Shown here piece after piece: positions 49,657 to 61,897 of a stretch of DNA of 64,000 nt (position 1 is the stretch's first letter; the number at the start of each line of letters is the position of its first letter). Below the pieces are notes generated by a model. The model was not told where the DNA came from. It saw only the letters and a list, made by a program, of their open reading frames with translations, and ran no database searches. The stretch lies in NCBI GenBank assembly GCA_964188305.1, contig OZ076889.1; one strand, written 5' to 3'. Made by a program: the position numbers and the translations under genes. The DNA is from Podarcis bocagei. Lineage: Eukaryota.

Positions 49657-49884
49657 CAGTGGAACCTCAGGTTACAGATGCTTCAGGTTACAGACGCTTC
49701 AGATTACAGACTCCACTAATCCAGAAATAGCACCTCGGGTTAAGAATTTTGCTTCAGGATGTGAACAGAAATTGCGCGGCAGCGGGAGGCCCCATTAGCT
49801 AAAGTGGCACCTCAGGTTAAGAACAGTTTCAGATTAAGAACGGATCTCCAGAACAAATTAAGTTCTTAACCTGAGGTACCACGG
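49657..49884 (-). mobile_element. Tc1/mariner (Tigger-like) MITE, copy 5
   Basis: TA|CAGTGGAACCTCAGGTTA ... TAACCTGAGGTACCACGG|TA. Confidence 0.92.
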
Positions 49885-50844
49885 TACTCTAAAAAGGGAG
49901 GAGAAGTGTTCTTGTCAAGCATCCAATCAGGAAGAGTTCCACAGAACAGGGCCACCACATAAAATGAACTGTTCCTTACCAAGGATAGCCGGGCATCTAC
50001 AATTAATAGAACTTGAAGCGTGGCTTCATTTACAGGAATTGCTACAGTAGTGTTTGCACAGCCTCACTTCAGGCTTTAAAGAGATATCGGCCATTTAAAT
50101 TCTGTAGCAGAAGAGAAAGCAAGGGAACATAGCTACAGACTAAAAACCCTTGGAAAGTGGGGGAGCAAAAGGACAGAGAAGGAAAATACATTCTGGGGCA
50201 CTGGGCAGTGGAGGGGAGGAGGAGTAAATAAGCAGGGGACGTGCCTGGGCCCCATTAAAAGTTATTTGCATCATTGACTTAGAATAATACTGATAGCGAA
50301 GAGAGATTGAAAAAGCGGGGGGGGGGGAAGCATGGAGCATTGCATTATTTATTGAAGGATTATGTTGCCAGTGAGTAGAGGAGATATTAAAATACAGTAG
50401 AAAACCCCCTGACTGAGTCTTGGTTATTTGAAATACATAGCTACACAAACCAGTGTATATATATTTCTTGAAGCTTCTGGAAAGTGTGACTGTATGTAGA
50501 AAGTGCTTATGCTGAGCTAAGTATCTGATTATCTGAATACTTTACATGTTCAGATGTGGGAGGTTGAACAATTCTTCTGAGACTTGAGGCATGCCTACTT
50601 TCTTTTCCTGGTTGTTTTGCAATTGGAGGAGGCAGGATTTGTTTACACACTGGACACAATCTGGAGAAAGTTAAACTTGCCTTAAGTTTAGTCTTGAGAA
50701 TAGGATCTTGCCTTCAGGCAAGGAAATTGCATTTTCTCTCTCATTTAGATCACAAATAGTAGACCATGTTGGCATGTGTGGGTCAAACATATTATGGTCT
50801 TATTTGCAAGGCTCCTCAAGTTCCATGTCAATTCAGTGTGATGG

Positions 50845-51150
50845 GATTTATTATTTTTTAGCATTTTTATTCCACTCTTTGGCTCAGAAAGTTTCCCAGA
50901 GTGGCTTATATAAAGTCGATAACCAACATGGCAATCCCTGCTGCAGGCTTAAAGTCTAAAAGACACTATACACATGGAGAAGGGGGTTGGGAGGTATGAG
51001 GAAGAAGCAAACAAACTCAGATGCAGGTTCTTAAAGTTATAAAGTGGTTACAAGGATCAGCTTGAATGGAAGCATCTGAGGGAGAAGAGCTGGGGCTGTA
51101 TGAAACTGGACTTGTGAGCCAAACCAATGGAGCAGTCCTGCTTCCTATCT
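50845..51150 (-). mobile_element. L2-related 3' end / SINE remnant
   Basis: TTTATT head, TTCCCAGAGTGGCTTA stem region, ATCCCTGCTGCAGGCTTAAAGTCTAAAAGAC. Confidence 0.5.
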
Positions 51151-51454
51151 TTCCCTCTGTTCCCACCAGGTATTTTTAATGTAGCTTACTTAAAATACTC
51201 AGCCAGTAGACTTAAGTCACATGAGGTTGGATCCATTTTCAACTTATTGCAAGATCCTTGTGCAAGAATAGAGAATTGAAATCTAATAGTTTTCTTCATT
51301 AGTGCAAGATGTTGCACAAGCACCTGCTCAAGGCTTCAGCATACGTGGCTGTGCTACGTATTTGTTGTAGGAAGTCACATGCAATAGTTTGAGGAACAGG
51401 CTCGCATAATTTATTCTGCTCTCTAGACCAACCCATTGATTGCAGTGGGACTTG

Positions 51455-51665
51455 CTTATTTATTTAATGTACAGCCCACCTCTCCTCCTATTCGCTCAAG
51501 GTGGCGTACATGAACATATTCTTTATTTTCTCCTCACAGCAATCATGTGAGGACGTTTAGACTGAGAATTGGTGACTGGCCTAAAGTCACACAGCAATCT
51601 GTGCTGCTGAGTGGCGTCTTCTGGTCCTCATCTGACATTCAGTCTCATCACTGCACCACAGTGGC
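51455..51665 (-). mobile_element. CORE/MIR-like (Squam2-type) SINE
   Basis: CTCAAGGTGGCGTACATG...TCCTCACAGCAATCATGTGAGG...GTGACTGGCCTAAAGTCACACAG...CACTGCACCACAGTGGC. Confidence 0.7.
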
Positions 51666-52329
51666 TTTAAGTGCACTTTGTTTCTTCTCAGCTTTACTCA
51701 GCACATGTACTTAAAAGCTTAATTTTGGGACTGTTACCAAAAACATCTTCCTTATCTTCTGCTTTCAGGCAGAGGGTTTCTTCAGCCATTATGGTCTGCT
51801 ACCTCTTCACATGGCTGATCGCGGTGCCGCGTGAAGCACCAGCGATTCCTAAACAAAAAACTGAGATGAGAACTGCCTCAGTTTTCCAGAGACCCTTTTA
51901 ATCCTTTTAGTGCCTTTCTCAAATTCAGATTCATCAGGCAAGCAAAATAGAAGAGTCCAACAAGTCAAAGCAGTTTTGTGGGTAAACACCCAAAAGGTAC
52001 TGCCTTATTTATTTATTTATACAAGCCTGTTGTGAGCTGGCAGAAGAGGAGAACGAATAGCCACATTTCTGCGCATGGAGGAGGGGGACTTCCCTCCCTC
52101 AACAGCATGAATATTTTTATGCAGAAAGCTCAGAAAGGGCAAAACATTCAAAGGCTCCTCTGCCAACCCACTCACTTCCTGCATGGAATCCCTGGTCACC
52201 TGTGGCTACTAGGTTGCTGCTTACATGCAAGGTTGAGTTGAATAATTGTGCAAAAATAGCCTCCAAGAAACTTGTTGTCATTATATGTATCGCTGGTCTG
52301 CTAGCCTCCTCTTAATTTTAGCCGCTGAA

Positions 52330-52630
52330 TTCTTCGAGGCAGAATTGAAGTGCACCTCCCCTCCAGTGAACAAAGGGTTAATTTCAAAAAGTGCACTGAA
52401 GGTGAGGAGGCAGGACAGATGTTGAAAGTGACTCACCCTACCTCCCAGAACTGACAAGACTGGGTCGTCATTAGTTAATAAACGTATTAACTGTGGCAAA
52501 GCCGTGTTAGATAAATCAGCCATTAATAAAAGGGGTGGGAGTCCCACCGTGGCAGCTGGCCAGGTACTTTATGATAAGCACTTGCAGGACTGGGCCAATC
52601 AGACTTGATTGTTTGCTGGCAGTGGCTTCG
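52330..52630. promoter_or_regulatory. Putative enhancer-like motif cluster
   Basis: AP-1 TGACTCA 52429-52435, CRE half-site 52466-52470, HNF1-like GTTAATAAAC 52474-52483, GATA 52509 and 52572, E-box 52553, GCCAATCAG ~52594. No recognisable repeat, CpGs retained. Confidence 0.4.
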
Positions 52631-53189
52631 TTGGCCAGTGCTGCAGTAAACACTTTCCCTTGGAAGTTGGTTTTCTGTTGTGTCTGGCAGCCACACTGGG
52701 CTGCTTGAACTTTAGCCAGAGGCAAATATTTATACATCAGAGCATGCAGTGTTCAACTGGTCAGGCCTGCAAGAACGAGGGAGAGGACTGTGGGCTTTCT
52801 TAACCAAAGAGGATGTGTGTCCTTTTTAATTGCATTCGTGACACGGTGAAGTGGAACCACATTTGAGTCTGTTTCAGTGTTAACTTTATATTCTGTAGCA
52901 TAAACTTTACAAATTTGTATAAACATTAGTCATATATGTATTTTTTAAAAAGGGACATCCTGATGTGAGCTCTGTTCCTTTAATTCCTGTTGGAAAGTTT
53001 ACAGTTAATATTTTCCCTGGAACGCTGTCAAGCTTTTGACAGAGCCTGAGTGTATGCTGAACTGTGAAACTGAGAAGCAGAGCAAGTTGTGAGAAATCTG
53101 TTTCTACTCAAATCTGTAAGGTTTATAAAAACTTCAGCAGAGAGGCAGAAAGAGGGGGAGAAATATCTGAGACTGGCTCTCGTTTTGCC

Positions 53190-53330
53190 TCTCATGGAGC
53201 GCAGTGAGTCCGCCATTTTAAGAATTCAGCAAAGGGCGAAGCTTTCAGACTCCTTACATGGCGGCTGTATTTACTTCAATTCCGGCCAATCGAACAGTCT
53301 GTGCCAAATCATGTGACATGCCACGAATGC
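53190..53330. promoter_or_regulatory. Putative YY1/NF-Y/E-box regulatory module
   Basis: CCGCCATTTT 53210-53219, ACATGGCGGC 53256-53265 (opposite strand), CCAAT 53286-53290, TCATGTGAC 53309-53317. Confidence 0.45.
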
Positions 53331-54440
53331 ACTTACAGTCATTTCCTTGTTTCTAAAAACTTTGTTACCTCTACAGATTACTTTACCTTGTTTTTGATGC
53401 CAAATGTTCTTCGCCGAACGTGTCTAGCAGGCTGGCGTTTGTCCACAAAGTTATTTTAGTAGGTAAAAAGTCTCCGAGCACTTGAGCTGTGTGCATTCTT
53501 TATGTAAAATGGATTTCCCCTCCTGGCCTCAATCCAAGAGCACAGAACACTCGCTGGGCGAGAAGAGAGCTTCTCTGCAGAGGAACTGGTGGACTGACAC
53601 ACTCTAATTTTTTGGCTCTTGACCAGACAAGTGAGATAGATGCCAGAATTCAACAAAATAACACATTATTGTGTAATAGGAACAGTACTCAAAGTGAGCA
53701 AAAGCTCATAGGAACTGAACGCCAGTGCTTCTTTCTTTCTTTCTTTTTTATAACAGAAGCTTGAACTGGCACTTTTAAAATGTTATTTCAGAGGAACAAG
53801 GGATGAAATATAACTGATGTACAGGATGAATAAAATCATACAGTTTCTAACATAAAGCAGGAGGGAAGGGGAGGAGGGGGAGGAGGAAGGAAGAGTGGAG
53901 CTGAAATTAGTTTTGTGAGGGTTTTGCTCTGTGCTCGTCCATGTTAACCCTTTCCATTCACTTTCAGAGTTCTAAATTTGTACTCAAGCATTTATTTATA
54001 TTCCACATTTAATTCCACTTTAGTGCTCTAAATTAAGTTTGTATTATCTTAGAACCAGAGGGCAATATGGAGCCACAGAGGGGTTGTCATGGTGCAGCCT
54101 CAGTGGGTGTTGTTGCCAACCTTCCCTTTCCACATTTTTTCCTTTCTACAACTTCAAACAACATACAAACATCAATCTCAAAAATCTTTCTGTTCTGGAA
54201 CAGTAAGGTAAAGGGTTTCTTTTATCATTAGTAATGTTGCAGTTCTGTCATGCTCTTCTGGAAGAATCTAGTCATATGGGCAGATGCCAAGGTGGATGGA
54301 AAAGGGAATCCACCATACCTTTCAGTCTGGGCAAGGGGCTGTTGAATAAGAGATCGAACATTATATTATATGTGCATCAAGTGGCATAAGGATAGGGTGG
54401 GTTGAAGCATGCTTTAGCCTGAAACTAACTCCCATTTTTA

Positions 54441-54830
54441 TATGAGGAATGGTTGAGGGAGTTGGGTATGTTTACCCTCGGAAAGAGACAACTGGGGAGA
54501 GATATGATAGCCATCTTCAGATATCTAAAGGGCTGTCACACAGAAGAGGGAGGAAAGTTGTTTTTTCCTGCTCCAGGGCCTAGGACCCGAACCAGTGCCT
54601 TCAAGTTACAAGAAAGGAGATTCTGACTAAACATCAGGAATAACTTTCTGACATTAAGAGCTGTTAGGCAGTGGAATAGACTTCTACGAAAGGTGGTGGA
54701 CTCTCCTTTCTTGGAGGTTTTTAATCGGAGGTTGGATGGCCACCTGTCATAGATGCTTTTGTTGAGATTCCTGCACTGCAGGGGGTTCAACTAGATGACT
54801 TGGGGTCCCTTCCAACTCTATGATTCTATG
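54441..54830 (+). mobile_element. CR1 LINE 3' end (5'-truncated)
   Basis: Encodes the YEEWLRELGMF...DMIAIFRYLKGCH CR1 ORF2 tail and ends GGTCCCTTCCAACTCTATGATTCTATG. Confidence 0.92.
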
Positions 54831-54926
54831 TCTGGCTTTCACTCAAAGTTATGTCTTAATTTTATATATTGCCAAATATATGATTCACACTTTGTCCTTT
54901 CAACACACTAGGATGTCAGCAGTGAC

Positions 54927-55072
54927 TTCCAGAGGGGTAACCATTTTAGTCTGATGCAGCAAAACCAACAAGGAGTCTTATGGCACTTAACAAATTGATT
55001 ATGGTATAAGCTTTTGTGTTCACTAAAGTTTATGCCATAATAAATCTTAGTCACTCGGTACTGTAAGACTCC
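54927..55072. mobile_element. Penelope-derived inverted (hairpin-like) non-autonomous element, internally deleted
   Basis: TTAGTCTGATGCAGCAAAACCAACAAGGAGTCTTATGGCAC...TTATGGTATAAGCTTT and inverted AAAGTTTATGCCATAATAAAT...AAGACTC. Confidence 0.65.
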
Positions 55073-55196
55073 TGGTAGTAGACTGTCAGTGGGACACATT
55101 AATTACTTCATAATTCTGATAGTATTTTAGCATACAATATTAGACTCCTCTCCCCTTCCTGAGTGCTAGAACTTGCTGCCTCTCAATCCTAGAATA

Positions 55197-55322
55197 ACCT
55201 TTCTCCATTCTGGTGTCCTCCAGATAATGTTTGATTCCAACAGCCATGGACAGCTTTAGCAATGGATAGAGGCAACGGGAGTTGTAATCAGGAACATTTG
55301 AAGGGCACCAGGTTTGAGAAAT
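55197..55322. mobile_element. Degenerate palindromic hAT MITE
   Basis: TTCTCCATTCTGGTGTCCTCCAGAT ... ATTTGAAGGGCACCAGGTTTGAGAA. Related to 45456-45582. Confidence 0.6.
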
Positions 55323-55909
55323 GTGACATTTCTTCCATCAGTGTTATCATATAAGCAGTATTGGTTGCCTGCATCTCTCATTTATTGAGGATTCTTACAG
55401 CTGCAGCACTTTGTGGGAGTTAGGCATTTGGACTTGGGCTGCAGGTAGAGTCTTTTCAAGTTTACACATCATCCGACTGAGAATAAAAGAACCTATCAGA
55501 ATTAACTCTAAGAATAATGATAGTATTTTCTATTAGTCAGGGAAGGGAAGTAGGTTTGTATTTGCCTACGTGTTATTACCCTGTAGATCACACTGAGGTG
55601 ATAGAAGGATGAAAGTAGACATTTTATTCTTCTTCTGTTTTTTTATATGTTAATGCGCCTTGGTAATTTTGTTTTATTTTAAGGATTGAAAATGAGCCCA
55701 GGTGCAGTTAAGAATAGCTGATACCAAACAAACAGTAATTCACGTTTAACATACGGGAAGGATAAAGAAATGTCATGTACATAAGCAAAAGACAACTGAC
55801 ATTAACGCAGCAGGCAAGGTGATTACATAGCAATCTAGTAACTATATGTGATCATTATTGCTGGTTGGTGGGTTGCTTAAATGAGTACCTGAAGGTTAAG
55901 TAATAGCTG

Positions 55910-55995
55910 TAGGAGGGAGGAGAGAGGAACAGGAGGAGAGAGGAGGAAAGAGAGAGAGGTTGATAGAAAGGTAGACAGAAGGTTAGGAAAGAGAA
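55910..55995. repeat. Purine-rich low-complexity tract
   Basis: GGAGGGAGGAGAGAGGAACAGGAGGAGAGAGGAGGAAAGAGAGAGAGG. Confidence 0.8.
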
Positions 55996-56324
55996 GTGGA
56001 TAAGAAGCAGTGTGAATAGCTGGGGAGAGAGATGATTTGTCTGTGTTTTAGTAACTGATACTTATGGGCTTTGATTATATTTGTTGGAAGCTCCTGGGGA
56101 ATAATAACAGGTTTTTGAGAGGAGTCTTTTATTTCTGTAAACCACCTACTCTGAGATAAATGGTTTTTTATATATAAAATATCATCCACTCTGAACTGTT
56201 GCCAGCCCAGTGGGTCAGTGTGGTTACAGCACCACGTTTCTATGCCCTGTGTGATAAATAGTGGAGTAATGCAGCCCACATGGCATCTTTGGCATCCGTT
56301 TCCCCAACACAGTATGCTTCAGAG

Positions 56325-56748
56325 TCTCATTTATTCATTTAAAACTTTTGTATACTGCCCTTGATGCCATTCCAGATTTCAGAGTGATGTGCAACTAATT
56401 CTATCACAATGATAAAACATCATATAAGAGCCTTAAAATAATTAAAACTATAAGAAGTTAACATGCTTGGGTGTACCAGAAACTTTTTGCCTGGTACTGA
56501 AAAGATTGCAGCATAGACACAAATCAAGTATCTTTGGGAAAGGCATTGCACAATCATGGCACTACTGCTGAAAAAAACCCTTTCCTTTATTGTTCAGTAG
56601 CATACCTGTGCTATGGTGACACCTTGAGAAGTGCCTTAGAAGATCTTAAAACATGGGTAAATTAATGTGGGAAGATACACTTCTTCATGTAAAGCCAATT
56701 ACCAGCATCCTGAATTCAGCCCAGAAGTGATAAGCAGCCAATGAAGTT
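56325..56748 (-). mobile_element. L2 3' fragment
   Basis: Reverse strand has LHWL (CTTCATTGGCTGC), 'AFPK' and an A-rich 3' end. Confidence 0.6.
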
Positions 56749-56974
56749 TTGTTGTTGTTTTTTTAATGGCAAGATATGCACAACCATGCTAAAAGTTAAA
56801 GGGGAATGAATAGGATGTCTGTCCAACATTTCTTTCCTGACAGAGGTCATCCCTTAGGCTGACCAACGCTGTTTCAGTGCCCAAACCAGTTCTCTTTTGA
56901 AATAGGTCTAAGAAACACAACAATATTCAATAACCTTTCCTAAAAACAAAAGAGACTTGCATGTCACAAATAAA

Positions 56975-57290
56975 ACTGAGCAGGGTGCCAAGTTGTTTAA
57001 GGCTTTAAATGTCAGCAACAAAACATTGAAAATTGCTTGACAGTGCCAATTTTTCAACACTAGCGCGATATGCATAAAGCTGGGTGTCCCATTCAGCATC
57101 CTAGTAGCTGCAATTTGCACTAACTGCAGTTTCCAAATCAGATGCGAAGTTAGCTCTGCATACAACACATTAGAGTAGTCCAATTGTGAGGTCACCCAAG
57201 TTTGGACTACGGTGGCAAGGCAGTGCTTGTCCAGGAATGGGTCATGACTGGGGCACCATCTGAGGTTGGAAGTGGGCTACTAAGGCATGG
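56975..57290 (-). mobile_element. L2 ORF2 fragment
   Basis: ORF 56908-57195 reads TSQLDYSNVLYAEL...KLQLVQIAATRML...LLLTFKALNNL, matching L2 SRLDYCN...LQLVQNAAAR...FKAL. Confidence 0.88.
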
Positions 57291-60200
57291 ATCACACCCA
57301 TGAGTGCCAGGTTCATGACCCTCATTTATTTATTTATATTTTTGGGAAATGGCAGGCACTTCATTCACCCATGGAGTAGCTTTTCTGAAATTGGAGGGGG
57401 GCAGGAGGGTGCTCAAGTATACTGGGGGGGGGGAGATTGAGGGAGATGGACTTGGATAGAGAGAGGGAGATACATGTGTGTGGTTGTGTATTTGTGAAGT
57501 GTGTGTATGTGTGTGAGAGAGATTCATGTGTGCCTGTGTTCTTTATGTGTGCAGTGAGTGTGTGTTCTGTTTTTGTGCAAGAAAAAGTGTATGGTGTGTT
57601 CACTTAGCATGTTTTTCTTGGTACTTAGCAATATTCCCTGCTGTTATTAGACAACAGCAGCACTATGTGTGTCATCAATATTGTGTGATTTTCACAGCTA
57701 GGACCAGCAGGTTGTAGGTGACTTCCACTGGCAAGCATGAGATTGTCGGGTGGTCACAGGGGGAAGCAGTAACAATGACACTCTCTCTAATTTTGTGTTA
57801 TACTATGTCCTACTCCCCATGGCAGCCATGTGCTATGCCAGGCCTGTTTAGCAGACATGAAAATCACTTCTTTAATTCAAAATGTACCAGCTGATCTGAA
57901 AAGGTTGGCTACCCTTGCACCGAGGCCACCTGGGCTGTCCTGGTCCATCACAATTTCTGCTACTAAGAAGAGGCAACAGCCTACACAAGATGGAGGCAAG
58001 TAGACCTGAGGCTCAGGAGTTAACGGCACGGAGGCAAGGTCAGGACCTTGGACAGGAACAGAGATGCCAATTCAGAGTTCAGTAGCTGGAGGGCAGGACC
58101 ACAGTTAGCAATCCTGCAGCTGAGACAGAAGAACCAAGTTGTTTGAGCACTGCCTTGGAGCAACTAGCAGAACTTTATAGTTTGAGCTATGGAGTCAAAA
58201 CTGAAACCCTACTCTTAGAATGCTTCAAATGGCCAGTTAAAAGGCTGGTGCCTTTTTATGTAGTTGTTGGATACTTCTAGGCAGTGGGGTTTCAAGTTGC
58301 AGGGACCTCTTGGGACTTCTCTGGTCTTCTGAGGTTATTGAAGTCAAGTCATTGGAGTTCAGTGGCAGAGAGCTTTGGGGAGGGGGGCATACCTCTGGTA
58401 CCAGTGGGCCCATTTAAAAGGAGCAGAAGGTGAATCTGATTCCATCTTGGAGCTATTTCTAAATTACATCCTCATTTGGTGATCATAATCCACACAAACA
58501 GAAAAAACATTTCCCTAGTTATGTTAATATATATTCATTGTGAATGAGATATGAATGAACCTGATTTAAGGGATTTCTAAAGTATGGAACGATAATTTAA
58601 AATAAGTGATAATAGAAAATCCTTTTGTGGATTGTTGTCCATGTGGCTTTATAGTGACACATTTAGGTGATGATTTTATGTGTTACATCAGGGCCTCATA
58701 GTAATACAAAAAGGGATAATGAAAATGTTTATGATATGTTCCAGGGATATGGGTTCTGTTTCATATTGTGTTACATTAACAGAACAAATAATTGGATGTG
58801 TGGGTTGGCAAGATTGAAATGTTTATTTACTATCTAGTTGTCCTGGCAATAGTGTTCGCCATCTTATTTAAATTAATGTCTAATAGAGATGCACTGTAGA
58901 TTTTATGTAGGCACACATATAACTGATGGTTCATTTAAGGAGTGCATGTACTAAATATGTTTTTGCTATCCAGCCAAGCTAACGGCTGTGTAACTGTTGA
59001 GCATAAAACTGTAATATCTATATTTCCCAGCTTGCAGTAATGTTTCTGAAGTCTGGGATAACTGATGCTAATCTCCAGTTTGTTTTGTGGCTTTCCAAAA
59101 ATTAACTTGAAACAAAATAAAATGTGATGTAAATCCATTCATTTTAAAATGTGTAATTGAAAGCAATAGGCAACATCTAGTCTATATAGCAAGCTACTCA
59201 ATGGAACTTAAAAAGCCAAACAAGATCCCTGGTATGAAAGAATATGAACATTCAAATACATCATCTGTTAATTGCATTCTTGGTCTCAGAATTTCCCACT
59301 TTGGTGCTTATTGTAACTTCAGCTTATCCTCTTGAACTGACTGTAGAGTATTTGAAAACATTTTAAATAGGACTGCAAGCTTTAATCAATGCGATTAATC
59401 AAGTGAAGCTTTAATAGCAGATTAAAATTTGGCGTCCGATTAATTGGTAGGATTGACAATGAGTAAAGACTCTGGAATTTAGATCCCTTAAAGGACCTGC
59501 CACTGTGTAGGGCACATAAATTTGCTGTCTCCCTTTTCTCTGCACCAGAACAGATGAAACAGAAATGTAAATGGTTGCTCTGTTCCAATTTGTCTCCAAA
59601 ATTGGCAAAAACATTTAAAGGAGAGGATGCTAGTATACTTTTGGAGGATTTACTTTAGACTAAGTTCGTAAGATAAAAATCTTGCCCAATAGTAGACAAC
59701 AGTATTTCACCCACTGGTACGTGCAAAGTCTGATGTTTGGGTGGCCAAAAAGAGAGAGAAAATATTTTGCTATTTTAAGGTGAAACTGTCTCTTCTGTAC
59801 CTTTTATCTTCTGAGTCTTTTATCTTCTAAGTCTTCTAAGCCAATTTGATTTTTCCTACCCTGCTCTTACCCTGGAATGTTCACAGTGCCCAACACTTCC
59901 TGCCTGATATTTGGTAGAACAAGTTAAGATGGGAGTATCAGGGACAAATATTCTGACCGCTGTAGATTCATAGGGACGAAAGTCATAATCGGTTCCCAGT
60001 TTCTCAAAATCCCAAGTCCAGTGTGAATCAGAATACACTTGCAGTTAATGTGCAAATTGGAGCATTTTGTTTCAACTCAGTAAATCTGTCATAAGGTCAT
60101 CTTACAGTTATTTAATTGTTCCCAAATTAAATGGCAGCTGCAGTAATATGCATATGTCTCTGCTGAGAGGTGGTTTCCCTTAGAAGCCGGGAAACAGTTG

Positions 60201-61759
60201 AATGCTAAGATGCAAATGCTTTGTTTTTGATGTGAACCTTTAGAAAGTACTCTCACCAATCACCCTTGCTGTGAGCCCACATTTTATTTATTTCCTGCCA
60301 GTTCTTCAACCAAACAACCCAGCGCAGCTAACAAGGGAAAGTTAAAATAACAAGTGAGTCAAAATAGGACATTAGAAAGGACTTTGCTCTTCTTCTTTCT
60401 CTTTGTGGCTGGTTGATAACTGAGTGTAAGACAGGACAGGCTGAGTAGCAATCAGGTAGGCCATTTGAATGATTCTTGTTTCATTGCCATCTCCTGCTTT
60501 CCAAATTGTTGCTTTTTGTATGATATAACTCATTGCTTTTGCTCTGAATGGTTCCTTTTGTTTTGCATAGACCTTCACCTTTAAGGGCAAGGAGGCAGCT
60601 TGCTTTAATGATGGAAATAACACATCCAAGGGATTTCCTCCCATTCCCCTTTTAACAGAACCCTCCCCAGCCAATCTGACCTAGCACCTAGCAATGTTCT
60701 TGGCTTTGGCCAGCAACAGCTTGGGAACCCAGGTCTGCTTCTGAACCCAGATGGCAGTGCGTTGCCATATGTCAAGAACATATGCTGTCCTGATTCTTTA
60801 AAAAAACAACAACAACGTCCATTCTTCCATCCACACAAATGGATCTTAACCCATTGTGTAGCAAGAAATCTTTTCACTGCCAATCCTATTCATTCTCTAC
60901 AGAGATGCTTCTGCTGGAGCAATATGATTGAGGGTGTAATTATAGGCATTGCACCAAAGTTTTTAGCAAGCTTTCCATTTCAAAATCCTCGTCAGGCTTC
61001 TATTGGCTTTGATGTTGCTGAGAGAAGACGTTTGTCATCATTAACAAATTTGACAATATGGTAGCAATTCTGAGTTCTTGATCAGGAGAGGAATACAGAC
61101 ACAATCTATTCACTTGTACAACCAAGTAAACTGTTTCTGTTTTGTATGAGTGAGCCTTTCGTAGAGGCATGGCTGTTAAGGATTGGGTTTGTTTTATCCT
61201 CTTCTTTATTAATTACTTCAGCCACAGCAATGGCACAGACCAAGACAAACAGAACAGTAAAATAAAGACTGCCTGTCTACCTTTTCTATTTTTCCTGCTT
61301 ACCTAGGACACTAAGTTAGTGCTTTTGAGCATCAAAACATTTTGATGCCTTTGATATGCACAGACAGGATAAAGAATTGATGTTGGGGACTTTTTAATTT
61401 TTCGTGCTAAGGGACCTACTGATAGGCCAAGGAAGTACATAACTGTCCTCAAAAATAATTCCAGATCACCCTTTTCTCTCAAAATAAAGGATAAGTTTTT
61501 AAAAGAAGAAGAAGAAAGAAACATTTTTTTTCCAGGAGCAGTCCTTCCCCCCTCCCTCTTTGATAGTCATGAATTGAATGTTGAGGTGTTGAAATCTATC
61601 ACTGAGATCCAAAGGAACATTCAGCTAGCTACTAGCTCTGTGCTCCCCAAAAGGCTTTGAGTCTGTGTTTCTTGAATGATAGACTACCATGACACTAGGC
61701 AAGTCTGAAATTGAAGGACCTTCTGAAAGTAGTTTGGGCATCCAAACTTGGGGTGCATC

Positions 61760-61897
61760 CAGTGCTATTTTTCTAGAAAAAAGAGGTGCTGGAACTCACA
61801 ATGAACACCTCCTTCGTTCTCTTAGAATGGCAATGGTGACCACCTGAGAGGTGCCGGAACGGAGTTCCTGTGAGTTCTCCTTGGAAAAAAAGCCCTG
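61760..61897 (+). mobile_element. hAT-type MITE (138 bp)
   Basis: TIR CAGTGCTATTTTTC / GAAAAAAAGCCCTG and perfect 8-bp TSD GGTGCATC (61752-61759 and 61898-61905). Confidence 0.88.

Noticed and set aside
51910-51942. Minus-strand CTGATGA...GAAA hammerhead-like core
   Set aside because: No stem II closing pair and no stem III/UH cleavage site. Other CTGATGA hits (25726, 39212, 45813, 48166) also lack the fold.
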